From a virus: 64,000 nt of DNA. The stretch is from positions 6,109-70,108 of the IMG/VR virus record IMGVR_UViG_3300047994_000054. The stretch is one strand, 5' to 3'. Positions within the stretch are counted from its first letter, which is position 1; the number at the start of each line of letters is the position of its first letter. The position numbers and the translations under genes are program-made. This document shows, piece by piece, positions 44,821 to 55,588 of this stretch. The notes under the pieces were generated by a model. That model was not told the origin of the DNA. It worked only from the letters and a program-made list of their open reading frames with translations, and did no database searches.

Positions 44821-46053
44821 ATGGCGATCAAGGCCGGAAGCATCATCACCGTCGGGCGCGATCAGGTGCTCATCGACCGCATTCAGACGGGTGGTCCGGG
44901 CACTGTCAACGTGCCGGTCGAGACCGTCTTCGAGCTGGGCAACTACAAGAGCGTCGGCCAGGTGCGGGACATCCCCGACTTGACCTTCTCGCTCGACAGC
45001 TACGACGTGTCCACGGATCTCGAGGCGCTGATCCTGCGCGAGGACCCCACGGCGGTCCACACGTTCGACTTCGGCTCGGCTCAGGCGATCGACATGAAGT
45101 CGATGTTCAAGGCCGGTCAGCAGGCGACGGACCCGTTCGCCACGGTCAGTTCGGTGGGCATCCCGTTCCTGACGCTGGAGTCGATGGCCTACAGCTTCGG
45201 CCTCACGAGCGACGCCAAGCAGACGGCCACCTTCCGTGGTGACTCGATCTACTACAACGCCGGTTCGACCTACGTGGAGACCACGGCGGGCACGGGCGCG
45301 GCTGGTCAGACGGTCGTCACCGCTAACCCCGCGTACGCGATCGTCGAGGCTGGCATCGAGCGCCGCATCCTCAACGTCACGGCCAACGGGCTGCGCCTGG
45401 TCAACGGTGTGGACTACACCGAGTCTTACGGCACGGTCACTGCCGATGCTGCGGTCACCACGATCACGCTCGTCGCTGTGGTGGCGACCGGCGCCAACAT
45501 CGACATCATGTACTCGAGCCCGACCGTCGAGGAGTTCCCGCAGTCGGTGAACGAGGTCGCCAGCGCGACGAAGCCGGCCGCCATCCGTGGTCGCGACATC
45601 GCCATCTACCTCGGCGCCTACGACAAGACGCAGCCCTACCTGAACCGGCTGCCGGGCGTGCAGAGCTTCGACGCGACCTGGAAGGTCACGCTCGACAAGG
45701 ACCAGGAGTTCGGCAACTACCACCTGGTCGGTCAGGACTACGACGTCCCGACGGTCACCGGCTCGGTGCAGATCAAGCCGGTCGACCCGCAGGCGCTCCA
45801 GAATGCAATCAACCTGATCACCGGCATTGACCCGACGACCTTCCAGTCCTCGGCTGCGACGCAGTCGCCCATCGTGCCGGTCACGGCGGTGCTGCACAGC
45901 CCGATCGACGGTTCAGTGCTCAAGGTCATCACCATCGACGACGCGCGCTGGACGGCCCCGGCCTTCTCGGTGCAGGTGCAGCAGAAGCTCACGGTGAAGC
46001 TCGACTTCACCTCGGACCAGGGCGACATGACCGTCACCGACGGCACGGTCTAG
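44821..46053 (+). CDS. Major tail protein
   Basis: Strong SD, ELGN motif, upstream of chaperone and tape measure genes. Confidence 0.75.
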   Translation: MAIKAGSIITVGRDQVLIDRIQTGGPGTVNVPVETVFELGNYKSVGQVRDIPDLTFSLDSYDVSTDLEALILREDPTAVHTFDFGSAQAIDMKSMFKAGQQATDPFATVSSVGIPFLTLESMAYSFGLTSDAKQTATFRGDSIYYNAGSTYVETTAGTGAAGQTVVTANPAYAIVEAGIERRILNVTANGLRLVNGVDYTESYGTVTADAAVTTITLVAVVATGANIDIMYSSPTVEEFPQSVNEVASATKPAAIRGRDIAIYLGAYDKTQPYLNRLPGVQSFDATWKVTLDKDQEFGNYHLVGQDYDVPTVTGSVQIKPVDPQALQNAINLITGIDPTTFQSSAATQSPIVPVTAVLHSPIDGSVLKVITIDDARWTAPAFSVQVQQKLTVKLDFTSDQGDMTVTDGTV

Positions 46054-46232
46054 AGCGGCACGGTCTAGACCGGCCTACTCGCAAGCTGCTAGAAAGCAAG
46101 GCTCGAAACGCACGACTCGAAAGAGCGGAACGGACTGGACGGCCAGCTCTCGACTTGACCTCGGGAGCTGGCCGTTGCCGTACCCATCAGGGCACGGCTG
46201 GACTGGGATCGACTGGAACAACGGAGGGTGAC

Positions 46233-47102
46233 ATGGCACTGATCGACCTCAAGCGGGTCACTGACCTGTTCGTCGAGGGCGTCGAGATCGTGTTCGACGA
46301 CAACCCCGAGGAGCCAATGCTCCTGTGGATGGCGAAGCTCAACAGTTTCGAGCTCGAGGAGTGCCGGCGCGACGGCGCCGCAGCGCGCAGCCGCTACATC
46401 CTCGCCTTGGAGGACCCCGAGACGCCCGAGGGTCTCGTGTTCGAGGCACGCCTACGGGAGATCCCCACCAGTCAGCTGATCGAGGAGCTCGTGAGCCTGC
46501 GTCGGCAGGAGTTCATCAACGAGGCGATCATCGAGGCGCAGGCCGACCCGGAGTGGACCGACAAGATCCAGGTCATCCAGCGCACCCTTGACACCGACAC
46601 GCTGACTGACGACGAAAAGCGTGTCGTCGACAAGGTCTCGACGGAGTACGCCGAGCATCTCGAGGCGCTTGTCCAGCGGCGCATGAAGCAGGCGCGCGTG
46701 GACTACGGCCAGGACAACGCCGTCGAGGACGAGTACCGCAAGAAGTGGCGCGAGTCGCGAGCCAGCGACAGGTTCGCAGCTGGCTACACCCGTTCGCAGC
46801 TGTACTACAGCTTGCGACTCTGCGACGCCACCAGGGTCGAAGGCGTGACCACCTGGGACCACGCGAAGTGCAAGCACCAGCGAGCTCTCGCGTCGCCGGC
46901 CGAGGTCGAGCAGCTGCCGCCCGGCCTGTTGGAACGAGCCAACATCGCGCTGGGGGAGCTGGCCATGAGCCGTGGTGAAGCGCGTTTCTCGGGAGGGCAG
47001 CCGAGTTCGTCCGTGTCGTCTCAGCTGCCCGACACGGCGGTGGAGTCGCCAGCCTCTACCCAGGAGGCAACGCCGCCAGCGCCGGCTGGGACCTCGTCGT
47101 AG
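46233..47102 (+). CDS. Tail assembly chaperone (G)
   Basis: Between major tail and tape measure; low-complexity tail after ARF. Confidence 0.7.
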   Translation: MALIDLKRVTDLFVEGVEIVFDDNPEEPMLLWMAKLNSFELEECRRDGAAARSRYILALEDPETPEGLVFEARLREIPTSQLIEELVSLRRQEFINEAIIEAQADPEWTDKIQVIQRTLDTDTLTDDEKRVVDKVSTEYAEHLEALVQRRMKQARVDYGQDNAVEDEYRKKWRESRASDRFAAGYTRSQLYYSLRLCDATRVEGVTTWDHAKCKHQRALASPAEVEQLPPGLLERANIALGELAMSRGEARFSGGQPSSSVSSQLPDTAVESPASTQEATPPAPAGTSS

Positions 47103-47299
47103 CCGTCAACGAAGCCATGTCCATCCTCAGCTTCTATGAACTACCCGAGGAGGACCGACCACCGGAGGAGTTCTACGGAGACGACGAAGCCATGAGCCAG
47201 TGGTTCGAGAGCGTCCGCGCCCGGCGTCGCAACGGCTCCGGTGGCAGTGACGACGTCGAAGTGCCGATGACCAGGAACGAGATCATTCCCCGCCGCTAG
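46979..47299 (+). CDS. Tail chaperone -1 frameshift extension (T)
   Basis: -1 frame open from 46979: FLGRAAEFVRVV...YELPEEDRPPEEF. Confidence 0.6.
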   Translation, partial: SAFLGRAAEFVRVVSAARHGGGVASLYPGGNAASAGWDLVVAVNEAMSILSFYELPEEDRPPEEFYGDDEAMSQWFESVRARRRNGSGGSDDVEVPMTRNEIIPRR

Positions 47300-47313
47300 A
47301 GGAGGTGAGCGAG

Positions 47314-50300
47314 ATGGCTGACGAGACCAGCAACTTTCTGATCAACGTCGAGACGACCGGCAACACGTCGGGCATCTCGGAGGTCAGCGAAGCTCTTGCC
47401 GCCATTCCCGATGTCGCGGAGGAGTCGGCCAGCAAGACCAATGAGGCCCTCGCTGGCATCGGCGACATCGACGCGGGCGGCATCTCGAAGTTCACCGCGC
47501 AGGTCGACGCCGCCCTCACATCAGCGGCCGACGGCGCCAAGGCTCGCGTGGCCGAGATCAAGGGCGCGCTCGCTGAGGCCACCACGATCGTTCCGACCAA
47601 CGCCGACATCGCCCGGCAGAACGAGAGGGCGCGCGCGGCGGTCAGCGAGCAGGCCAGGGTCCCCAGGCCGGCCGCGAGTTTCATCAACGCCGGACTCACG
47701 AACGCGGAGATCACTGAGTTCGCCGGCATTCCCACTGCGGATCTTGAGTCCTATCGCACGCTGCTGGGGCTTGAGACGGAGGCCGAGCAGGGGGCTCGCG
47801 GGCTCCAGTCTGCGATCCAGGGACTCCAGGCTCCACTGGATGAGTTCACCGCTGAGGGCGTGGTCGGTCTCCGCGCAATCAACTCTGAGATCACCTTCCT
47901 GGAGAAGCAGAGCGCCCTTCTTCGACAGTCGCTCGTCACGGGCAGGACCTCAGCAGGCGATCCGCTCTCTGATTTCGAGAAAAACAACATCAGCGAGCAG
48001 ATCGACCTCAACAGCGCTCAGTCCAGCGTGCTGCGGACGTCTCGAAAGGACCTTCTCACCGGCTCTCAGGAGACAGCGACCAGCACCACAGACGTCACGC
48101 TCGAGGAGCGCCTGGCCCAGGTCACGGCCCTCACCGCCGAGGGAAAGAACAAGGAGGCCGTCGCTACTGCTGGCCTGGGCTTGGCTGAGCAGAAGCTCGA
48201 GACGATCCGACAGGCGGGCATCACTGGCACCACTGAGGAACTCGCTGCAATCAAGGCCCTGACAGCGGCGCAGGAACGACTCGCTGCCGTTCAGGACTCG
48301 CAGGCAGCAGCAGCCGCGAAGGCGGCGGAAGCCGGCGGCGGCGGCATCGGTGGTTTCTTCCGAGGTTTCCAAGGCGGCCTGGGCGGCGGTGACGAGGGCC
48401 AGGACGCAGAGTCGCTGGGCAACACGACCGCACAGGTCGCCAAGTATCTGCTGCTCTACCAGGCGTTCCGCCTCGTCGAGGACGGACTCAAGCAGGCCAT
48501 CACCCAGTCGGTCGACTTCGACCGGGCGATCACCGACCTGGGCAACCGGCTCGACCTGCCACGCGACAAGGCCACCGCGCTGGCCAACTCTCTCGGCTCG
48601 ATCGGCGCACCGGCCGGCCTCGCTCCCAGTCAGTCCGTCGAGCTCGGCGCGCAGTTCGCCGGTGCTTTCCAGGGCCAGGGTTCGTCCACGCAGCTCGCCC
48701 AGCAGGGCAGCCAGCTCGGCGCTGAACTCACCGTGCTGGGCGGATCGGCTGAGGCCGCGCAGGCTGACCTCGAGGATCTGGTGGCCGCAACGAGGGCCTT
48801 CAACCTCACGGCTGCCGACACGCCGCGCGTGCTGGATGCAGCGACCAGCGCGGCGCAGAACTTCGGTCTGGCCAACGCACAGGCGGTGCTGCCGGGTCTC
48901 GCCCAGATCGGTGACCTCGCCACGAGTGCCGGCTTCTCCGTCGAGCAGACCGCCAACACGCTGGCTGACCTCCAGGCGCGCACGGGTGAGTCCAGCGCAG
49001 CCACGGCCGGCGAGCTCCAGCGCTTCTTCGGTCGCGAGGGCAACGCTGCGTTCCAGGAGGTCTTCGCCAACCTCGGCATCAACACCCTCCAGCCGTTCAA
49101 CGACGAGCTGTCGGACCTCTCGGCGAAGTTCGACACGCTCACGCAGAAGCAGAAGGACTTCATCACCGCCCAGTTCGGTGGTGGTCGTGCCGGCGTCGCC
49201 GCGCTCGCTCTGATCGAGGACTACGGCAACGTCCAGGAGGCGACGAACAAGAGCGTCTCCGAAGGCGGTATCGCGCAGGAGCAGTACTTCAAGCGTCTGG
49301 ACGACGTACGCGGTCTGCTCGAGCAGCTCAAGGGTGACCTTCTCGAGATCGCCAAGGACGTCGGCACCTCAGGCATCGGTGCCGGTGCGGGCGTTCTGCT
49401 TGAAGCCTTCAAGCCGGTTCTCGACACGGTGCAGCAGTTGCTTGCCGTGTTCGACTCCATCCCCGCGCCGCTGCGTGAAGCTGCCTTCCTGGTCGGCGAG
49501 ATCGCTCTCGCAGCCAACCTGATCGGCAAGCTCGACCTGGGCACCCGCGTCGGCAACATTGCCGGGAACGCTCGTTCTCGCGTCGGTGGCATCGGCGCCA
49601 CCGGACCGGCCGGCACGATCGGTGACGCGGAAGCCGAAAGCGCCGCCAAGATCGAGGCCGCTTCCACTGAGGTAGTCGCGGCCGAGACGAAGTTCGCGGA
49701 CGACGTCTTCGGTGTCGGAGGAGCGAAGCTCACTGCCGGCATCGACGCGCTCACCTCCGCGCTGACCCGTGGCGCTGAGCAGCTCGACGCGGAGGGACTG
49801 ACTGGCTCCAGCGGGGTCGGACGCGCCGCGCTGAATCTTGGCGCCGTTGACGTCGTTGACGCCGCCAAGACGTCCGGCCTGCTTATCACCGACGCCGTGG
49901 GGACGCTCGCGACGTCCATCAAGGGCGCTGCGAGTGGGCTGTTGGAAGCCGTCGGGCCGTTGGGCGTGGCTCTCGCTGGCGCCTTCCTGATCGACCAGAC
50001 CTTCAATGCCACCAGCAAGGTTCTCTCGGCGCAGGTCTCGGCCGGCGGTGGCGGGACATCGGCTGATGATTTCCTCAATGGCGCCAACGCAGCCGGCAAT
50101 CAGGCCGTCTCGGATCGCCGTGATTCCAGTGGTTTCTTCGGCGCGACCATCAACGCGCTGCTCGGGAACCAGGCCGGTCGGGACGCAGCCGCGAGCGCTC
50201 GTTCGCAGCAGCTGGACGCGGCCCTGGCCAAGCAGATCCAGACCGCCGGCGCAGGTCAGACGGCTGCGAACGCCAACGAGGCTCTGGTCGATCTCCAGGA

Positions 50301-52365
50301 CGCCACGGATGGCACGAATGGTCTGACGACGTCGCTCAAGAACCTCGCTGCCGTAGGTCTCACTGCACAGCAGCAGTTCGATGCTGTGAGCGACGCGCTC
50401 AGCGACGCGAACAAGGCGGCCAACGGGTTCATCGCTCCTGGTCAGTTCGCCAAGATCGCCTCCGTCGTCGGAGCGAACGCGGCGCAGGACCTGAGTGCCG
50501 ACTCCACCATCGGGTCCACGTCAGTCCCGCTCACCGGCAACATTGGCGTTCCCGGCACGAGCTTCCGCGTTCCCGGCACGAGCTTCCTCAAGGACGCTCT
50601 CGGAGTCGGGCAGTCGTTCCTGTTCAAGCCGCGAGCTAACAGCGAATCGAACGCCGACACCCTGACGAAGTCTCAGTCGACGGACCTCTCGTCGGCTGTC
50701 TCCGCGTCGATCCAGTCGTTCCTGAACAGCAACGATCCGTTCGGCGATCCGCTGACGGCTCAGCAGCTCCAGCAGGAGCGTGACCAGGCCGTGCAGGCGG
50801 CCGTCACCAAGCTCCAGAACGACGGAAAGAATGCGGCGCAGATCGCGAAGCTGTTGCCCGATCTCAAGACCTCGATCGGTCAGGCGGTCAGTGCTCAGCT
50901 CGCTTCCCTGACGAGCAACAGCAACCTCTCGGTGGCCGATGTTGCCGACGACGTCACCGGCCTGACGCAGACCGCTCAGCAGGCCGGCACGGACGAGGTG
51001 ACCAACGCGTCATTGGGTGGTGCGGCCGTCGGTCCTGCTGGTGTCACTGGCGCCAACACGACCTTGCAGGATCTCTTGCAGACGAGAGCCGAGCTGCTCA
51101 AGCAAGCAGTCGTCAAGACGCCAGGCGGACAGCAGGTGCTGTCGCAGCTCAACCAGAACATCGCCGCTGCGCAGCTCGCGCTCCAGCAGGCCACCACAAC
51201 GCAGATCGGCGTCGATGGCCAGTTGGCACAGTCCTTGATCTCGCCGCTCGACAAGGACGGCACGATCAAGGCGAACATCGCCACCTTGCAGGCCGAGCTC
51301 AAGAACACCTCCGAGGTCAGCGCTCGCGAGGCTCTCCAGGCGCAGATCAACCAGGCCAGTCAGCAGCTGGCCGCTCAGGTCACCTCCGACATCAACGCCG
51401 CGTATGCCGTAGGTGTGGCCTCCGATGACGCCGTGGGGCAGGCCCAGGTCGCGCTTGAGCAGGCCCTGAACACTCAGCAGCGTGACCTCGCGCAGGGGGC
51501 GACCGGATCTCAGGTCTCGCAGGACACCGTGGCTGTGGCCAACGCCAAGCTGGCGTCCCTGCAAGCGGGCATCGCCCAGACGGTCGCGCAGCAGACGGCG
51601 TCGGCCCGTGCGGGTGATCCGCTGGCACAGGCCACCACGGCGCTCACGACGGCGCAGGAGACGCTGACGGGCATCACCGCTGGCACCACGGCGTACTACA
51701 CGCAGCTGGCCACCATCAACCAGGCGCAGTACGCCCTGGCGCAGGCCATCGCCACCGACGCGAGCAACCAGTTCCTGCTGGCCCGCGACACGACGAACCC
51801 GGTCGACACGGCACGCGCTGCCCTCCAGCAGGCGCTCGTGCAGCAGGCACAGGACCAGAAGCGCGGTACTGGCAACGCGGCGGCCGACAAGGTCGCCGTC
51901 GAGAACGCGCAGGAGGCGGCCATCCAGGCCGTCCTCACGCAGCAGCTCTCGCTCCAGGAGACGGCGTTCAACCTGCATCAGGAGACGGGCCAGCAGTACC
52001 TGGACTTCCTGGAGAACCAGAAGACGTCGCTCACCGCTCAGCTTGCCGCGACCAAGAAGGGCAGCGAGGGCTACCAGCAGCTCATCGACGACCTGAACAC
52101 CGTCAACGGCGACATCCTGTCGGTAAGCCAGCAGTACTCCGGCCAGTTCAACCTGGGCAACATCAAGGTGCCCACGGTCTACGACGCTCGTGTCCAAGAG
52201 GCCAATCCAAGCGCCGGCCTGGGCGCCTCGACCAACGTGCAGAACGTCTACTTCTCCATCAACGGCGCCGACACCAACGCGGTGAAGCAGATCATCAGCC
52301 AGACGCTGGGCCAGCAGCCGCTGTCGACGCGCGGCGTGACGACCAGGAAGGTCACGGTCTCCTGA
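47314..52365 (+). CDS. Tape measure protein
   Basis: About 1683 aa, Ala/Gln-rich and helical. Confidence 0.92.
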   Translation: MADETSNFLINVETTGNTSGISEVSEALAAIPDVAEESASKTNEALAGIGDIDAGGISKFTAQVDAALTSAADGAKARVAEIKGALAEATTIVPTNADIARQNERARAAVSEQARVPRPAASFINAGLTNAEITEFAGIPTADLESYRTLLGLETEAEQGARGLQSAIQGLQAPLDEFTAEGVVGLRAINSEITFLEKQSALLRQSLVTGRTSAGDPLSDFEKNNISEQIDLNSAQSSVLRTSRKDLLTGSQETATSTTDVTLEERLAQVTALTAEGKNKEAVATAGLGLAEQKLETIRQAGITGTTEELAAIKALTAAQERLAAVQDSQAAAAAKAAEAGGGGIGGFFRGFQGGLGGGDEGQDAESLGNTTAQVAKYLLLYQAFRLVEDGLKQAITQSVDFDRAITDLGNRLDLPRDKATALANSLGSIGAPAGLAPSQSVELGAQFAGAFQGQGSSTQLAQQGSQLGAELTVLGGSAEAAQADLEDLVAATRAFNLTAADTPRVLDAATSAAQNFGLANAQAVLPGLAQIGDLATSAGFSVEQTANTLADLQARTGESSAATAGELQRFFGREGNAAFQEVFANLGINTLQPFNDELSDLSAKFDTLTQKQKDFITAQFGGGRAGVAALALIEDYGNVQEATNKSVSEGGIAQEQYFKRLDDVRGLLEQLKGDLLEIAKDVGTSGIGAGAGVLLEAFKPVLDTVQQLLAVFDSIPAPLREAAFLVGEIALAANLIGKLDLGTRVGNIAGNARSRVGGIGATGPAGTIGDAEAESAAKIEAASTEVVAAETKFADDVFGVGGAKLTAGIDALTSALTRGAEQLDAEGLTGSSGVGRAALNLGAVDVVDAAKTSGLLITDAVGTLATSIKGAASGLLEAVGPLGVALAGAFLIDQTFNATSKVLSAQVSAGGGGTSADDFLNGANAAGNQAVSDRRDSSGFFGATINALLGNQAGRDAAASARSQQLDAALAKQIQTAGAGQTAANANEALVDLQDATDGTNGLTTSLKNLAAVGLTAQQQFDAVSDALSDANKAANGFIAPGQFAKIASVVGANAAQDLSADSTIGSTSVPLTGNIGVPGTSFRVPGTSFLKDALGVGQSFLFKPRANSESNADTLTKSQSTDLSSAVSASIQSFLNSNDPFGDPLTAQQLQQERDQAVQAAVTKLQNDGKNAAQIAKLLPDLKTSIGQAVSAQLASLTSNSNLSVADVADDVTGLTQTAQQAGTDEVTNASLGGAAVGPAGVTGANTTLQDLLQTRAELLKQAVVKTPGGQQVLSQLNQNIAAAQLALQQATTTQIGVDGQLAQSLISPLDKDGTIKANIATLQAELKNTSEVSAREALQAQINQASQQLAAQVTSDINAAYAVGVASDDAVGQAQVALEQALNTQQRDLAQGATGSQVSQDTVAVANAKLASLQAGIAQTVAQQTASARAGDPLAQATTALTTAQETLTGITAGTTAYYTQLATINQAQYALAQAIATDASNQFLLARDTTNPVDTARAALQQALVQQAQDQKRGTGNAAADKVAVENAQEAAIQAVLTQQLSLQETAFNLHQETGQQYLDFLENQKTSLTAQLAATKKGSEGYQQLIDDLNTVNGDILSVSQQYSGQFNLGNIKVPTVYDARVQEANPSAGLGASTNVQNVYFSINGADTNAVKQIISQTLGQQPLSTRGVTTRKVTVS

Positions 52366-52366
52366 C

Positions 52367-52786
52367 ATGCCCTTTCATGTAGGACTTCTGCGTTGGGTCT
52401 TCACCGACCCGACACCCGGTGCCGATCCGGCCACCTACACGGTGCCGATCAACCCGAACCAGATGACGAGTCCCTACTCGGCGCCTCGAGCGATCACCAC
52501 GAAGACGACAACGGCCGTTGGCGGCCAATCGCTGGTTTTCGAGGGCGCGACGCCGCCGCAGGAGATGACCTTCCAGGGAACGATCTTCACCGAGGATCAC
52601 CTCAACGCGATGCTCACCTGGCGAGCGAAGACCGCCATCACCACAATCACCGATCACTTCGGCCGCATCTGGACCGTCTACTGGGAGGACTTCCAGGCCA
52701 TCGCCGCCGGCTCGAGCCAGTACCCGAACAAGCACACCTACACCGCCAAGGTGCTCATCCTCGGCGGACCGGATGGTGGCGTGTGA
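52367..52786 (+). CDS. Distal tail protein
   Basis: INPN motif, immediately after the tape measure. Confidence 0.6.
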   Translation: MPFHVGLLRWVFTDPTPGADPATYTVPINPNQMTSPYSAPRAITTKTTTAVGGQSLVFEGATPPQEMTFQGTIFTEDHLNAMLTWRAKTAITTITDHFGRIWTVYWEDFQAIAAGSSQYPNKHTYTAKVLILGGPDGGV

Positions 52787-52796
52787 GGAGCTCGTC

Positions 52797-54983
52797 ATGA
52801 GAAACGTCCCGCCCCGGATGGATGCCATCTGGAACTCGGGTGCCTTTGTCGGCGCCCAGCGTCCGATGGTGCGCATCACCGTCGGTGCCTGGACCATGAA
52901 GGAGACGGCGGTCCCCGGCAACGTCTACCGCTCAGCGATCTTCGGCCAGACGCAGGAGCCGATCGAGCTCCCCAATGTGCAGCAGTGGACGTGGACCAAG
53001 AGCACCGGCCAGGCAGCCGGCACCTTCCAGCTGAACCTCATCAACGTGAAGGCGTACCCGCCCGGTGTCGCGGCGCAGCTGCTGTCGCTCGGGCGTCTCG
53101 AGACGGGGATGCAGCAGGGCGCCTATACGCCGAACTACACGCCGCTGTCGGCGAGCAAGCCGTCGACCAACGTGGGCTACAACAAGGTGCTGCCACCTCG
53201 AGCTCGTAACACCGCCAGCCCGTGGCAGTCGCTGCTTATCCCAGACACGATCATCAAGTCGTACGAGGGCTTCGGCGTCGACCCGAGCGTAGCTCCCGAG
53301 GCGGACGCGAACCTGGTGCAGACCGGCATCTGGCTGATCGACCAGGTCGTCTACGGCACGGACGGCACCATCGTGGTGACAGGTCGGGACCTCGGCCGGC
53401 TGTTCGTCGACACGATCACGGTGTTCCCGAATGTGCCGGCCAACTGGTACCCGCTGTCGTTCGACGCCTTCCAGAACGTGCCGGCCATCACCGCGCTCCA
53501 GCCGGTCACCCAGTCCGCGTCCGGAACCCTCACGCCCGACCACTCCAGCAACCTCGTGCACAACGGCGACGCACCGGAGTACGGACACCGTCTGGCCGAC
53601 GCCTTCGACTCCGATCGCAGCACCTACTGGTTGTCGGTCGGCAACGCCGCACCCAACGCCGACTACTCGTTCGAGTACGTCGAAGGCGACATGCCCGCCG
53701 GCGAGGTCAGCGCCGTCACCGTGGACGTCGTGAAGGGGCCATACACGGCATACATCTCGGTTTATGCGGATGGTGCATGGCAGGGCGCGAACGTCGTGCC
53801 CTACAACCCGGACGACCCGATCTCCGGTCCCAACGGCTCGAACATCCCTTACGTCACAGCGGGTTCGACCAACGCCGACGCACCCACCACGTTCACGTTC
53901 TCGCCCATCAAGGGCGCCACGAAGATCCGCTGCTGCCTGACCAACCTCCAGGACTTCGGACTCGGGCCGTACGTGCACCGTGCCGGCATCAGGACGCTGA
54001 GCGCCAAGTACTCGCAGGTGATCGGGGAGAAGAAGATCACCCTGTCGCCTGCCAAGCGGCTCGGCAACTATGCGGACTTCACCGATTTGATCAAGCTGTT
54101 CAGCCTGTGGTCGGGCTTCTACTGGCCGCGCACCGATGCGAGCTTTGTCAACTCCGACGGCACCACGCAGACACAGAACGCACCAAGCAACGACTCCGCC
54201 CTCAAGGAGGGTCGCGTCTGGGGTGACCTCGCGCAGACGGGAACGGTCGGTCTCGTCAGTCTCACCGCTGACATCTGGGACCACATCACGATGGCCGACG
54301 CGGTCGCGTACATCCAGGACATGATCGGCTTCGTCTTCTTCATCGGAGACCTCGGCGGCGTCGTCTGGCGGCTGCCGAACTACTACACGACCGGCAACTA
54401 CTACGAACTCGACGAGGACCGCGTCGGCGGCGCGGCACCCAGGACGCACGACACCGTCCTCATCGACGAGACCAAGCAGCTCCAGTCGCTGTTCGTGACG
54501 CTGAACTCCCAGAACGTCCGTGAGCGGGTCGCCGTCAGTACGGCAAACGGTTCCTACGGCGCGGTGGTGGCTGGCTTCAACCCGAACCCCGACGGTCAGA
54601 TCCGCATCGGCGTCTACTCGGACTATCGGTTCGCCTCCGCGAAGGAGTGCCGGATCATGGCCGAGCTGGTGGCGCTCCAGCAGATGTTCACGTTCCGCAC
54701 CGACCAGGTGATCATCCCCGGCTACCCGCGTCTCCAGATCGACGACCAGGTGCTGATCAAGGAGCAGATCACCGGCGAGTACTACCGGCACTACATCTCC
54801 GGGATCGTCAGTGCGATCGACCTCGGCACGGGCGTGTACAACTACACGCTCACCACCAACTGGCTCGGCAACCAGCCCATCGACTACTGGGCCTTCGACT
54901 TCACGCTGCTGTCGCAGGACACCCAGGAGTACCTCAAGACGCTCGGCCAGGCACCCGCCTATGCGGAGAACGGAAGCACATGA
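52797..54983 (+). CDS. Baseplate hub / tail tip with inserted discoidin-like domain
   Basis: GRDL, AFDSDRSTYW, PGYPRLQIDDQV. Confidence 0.6.
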   Translation: MRNVPPRMDAIWNSGAFVGAQRPMVRITVGAWTMKETAVPGNVYRSAIFGQTQEPIELPNVQQWTWTKSTGQAAGTFQLNLINVKAYPPGVAAQLLSLGRLETGMQQGAYTPNYTPLSASKPSTNVGYNKVLPPRARNTASPWQSLLIPDTIIKSYEGFGVDPSVAPEADANLVQTGIWLIDQVVYGTDGTIVVTGRDLGRLFVDTITVFPNVPANWYPLSFDAFQNVPAITALQPVTQSASGTLTPDHSSNLVHNGDAPEYGHRLADAFDSDRSTYWLSVGNAAPNADYSFEYVEGDMPAGEVSAVTVDVVKGPYTAYISVYADGAWQGANVVPYNPDDPISGPNGSNIPYVTAGSTNADAPTTFTFSPIKGATKIRCCLTNLQDFGLGPYVHRAGIRTLSAKYSQVIGEKKITLSPAKRLGNYADFTDLIKLFSLWSGFYWPRTDASFVNSDGTTQTQNAPSNDSALKEGRVWGDLAQTGTVGLVSLTADIWDHITMADAVAYIQDMIGFVFFIGDLGGVVWRLPNYYTTGNYYELDEDRVGGAAPRTHDTVLIDETKQLQSLFVTLNSQNVRERVAVSTANGSYGAVVAGFNPNPDGQIRIGVYSDYRFASAKECRIMAELVALQQMFTFRTDQVIIPGYPRLQIDDQVLIKEQITGEYYRHYISGIVSAIDLGTGVYNYTLTTNWLGNQPIDYWAFDFTLLSQDTQEYLKTLGQAPAYAENGST

Positions 54984-55588
54984 CCGACACGCTGACCGCA
55001 CTCCAGCAGCACGGCGCCTACGTCGCGCGGTCGCTGTTCAACGCGGCGAAGACCACCCGGCAGTCGGCTGTCATCGCGACTCGCGGCTCGGGCAACATCG
55101 TCACGCCGGTCACCTTCGACACGCCGTTCCTCAACGAACGACCCATCGTCAACACCGGCTACGTGCTGCTGTCGGGCTACGACCCCAGCATTCCCGTCTC
55201 GCCCGACGTCGCAGACACTGTCAACTTGACGACGATCCTACTGGCTGGCGAATACGGGGTTACCTACTACAACAGCGGCGAGTCTGACGGCCCTACCCCG
55301 GGTGGGCTCGAGTGGGCGCTTCGTCGCTTCCTGCGCGGCATCATCGTTTCTGTCGGCGTGCGCTCGTGGGTCACGAAGACTGACGGCCAGGGCAACACTG
55401 TCTACACGGGTGCCAACGTCCTGATCTTCGTGAGTTCACTGACTGGCCAGGCAGGCTCCCATGCTGACTTCGGGGTTAACGTACCTTCGCCCACCAGTTA
55501 CATCACGACGATCGAGCATCACATCGTCTTCGAGGGTCTGAGCTACAACCCGGTGCCGCAGGACGTCTCTGGAGGAGGTAACGCATGA
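54980..55588 (+). CDS. Minor tail protein
   Basis: ATGA overlaps. Confidence 0.6.
   Translation: MTDTLTALQQHGAYVARSLFNAAKTTRQSAVIATRGSGNIVTPVTFDTPFLNERPIVNTGYVLLSGYDPSIPVSPDVADTVNLTTILLAGEYGVTYYNSGESDGPTPGGLEWALRRFLRGIIVSVGVRSWVTKTDGQGNTVYTGANVLIFVSSLTGQAGSHADFGVNVPSPTSYITTIEHHIVFEGLSYNPVPQDVSGGGNA

Noticed and set aside
52932-55001. Long antisense ORFs (also 2766-4190, 26816-28453, 37392-39266, 62231-63667)
   Set aside because: Shadow frames of GC-rich genes with no recognisable motifs.
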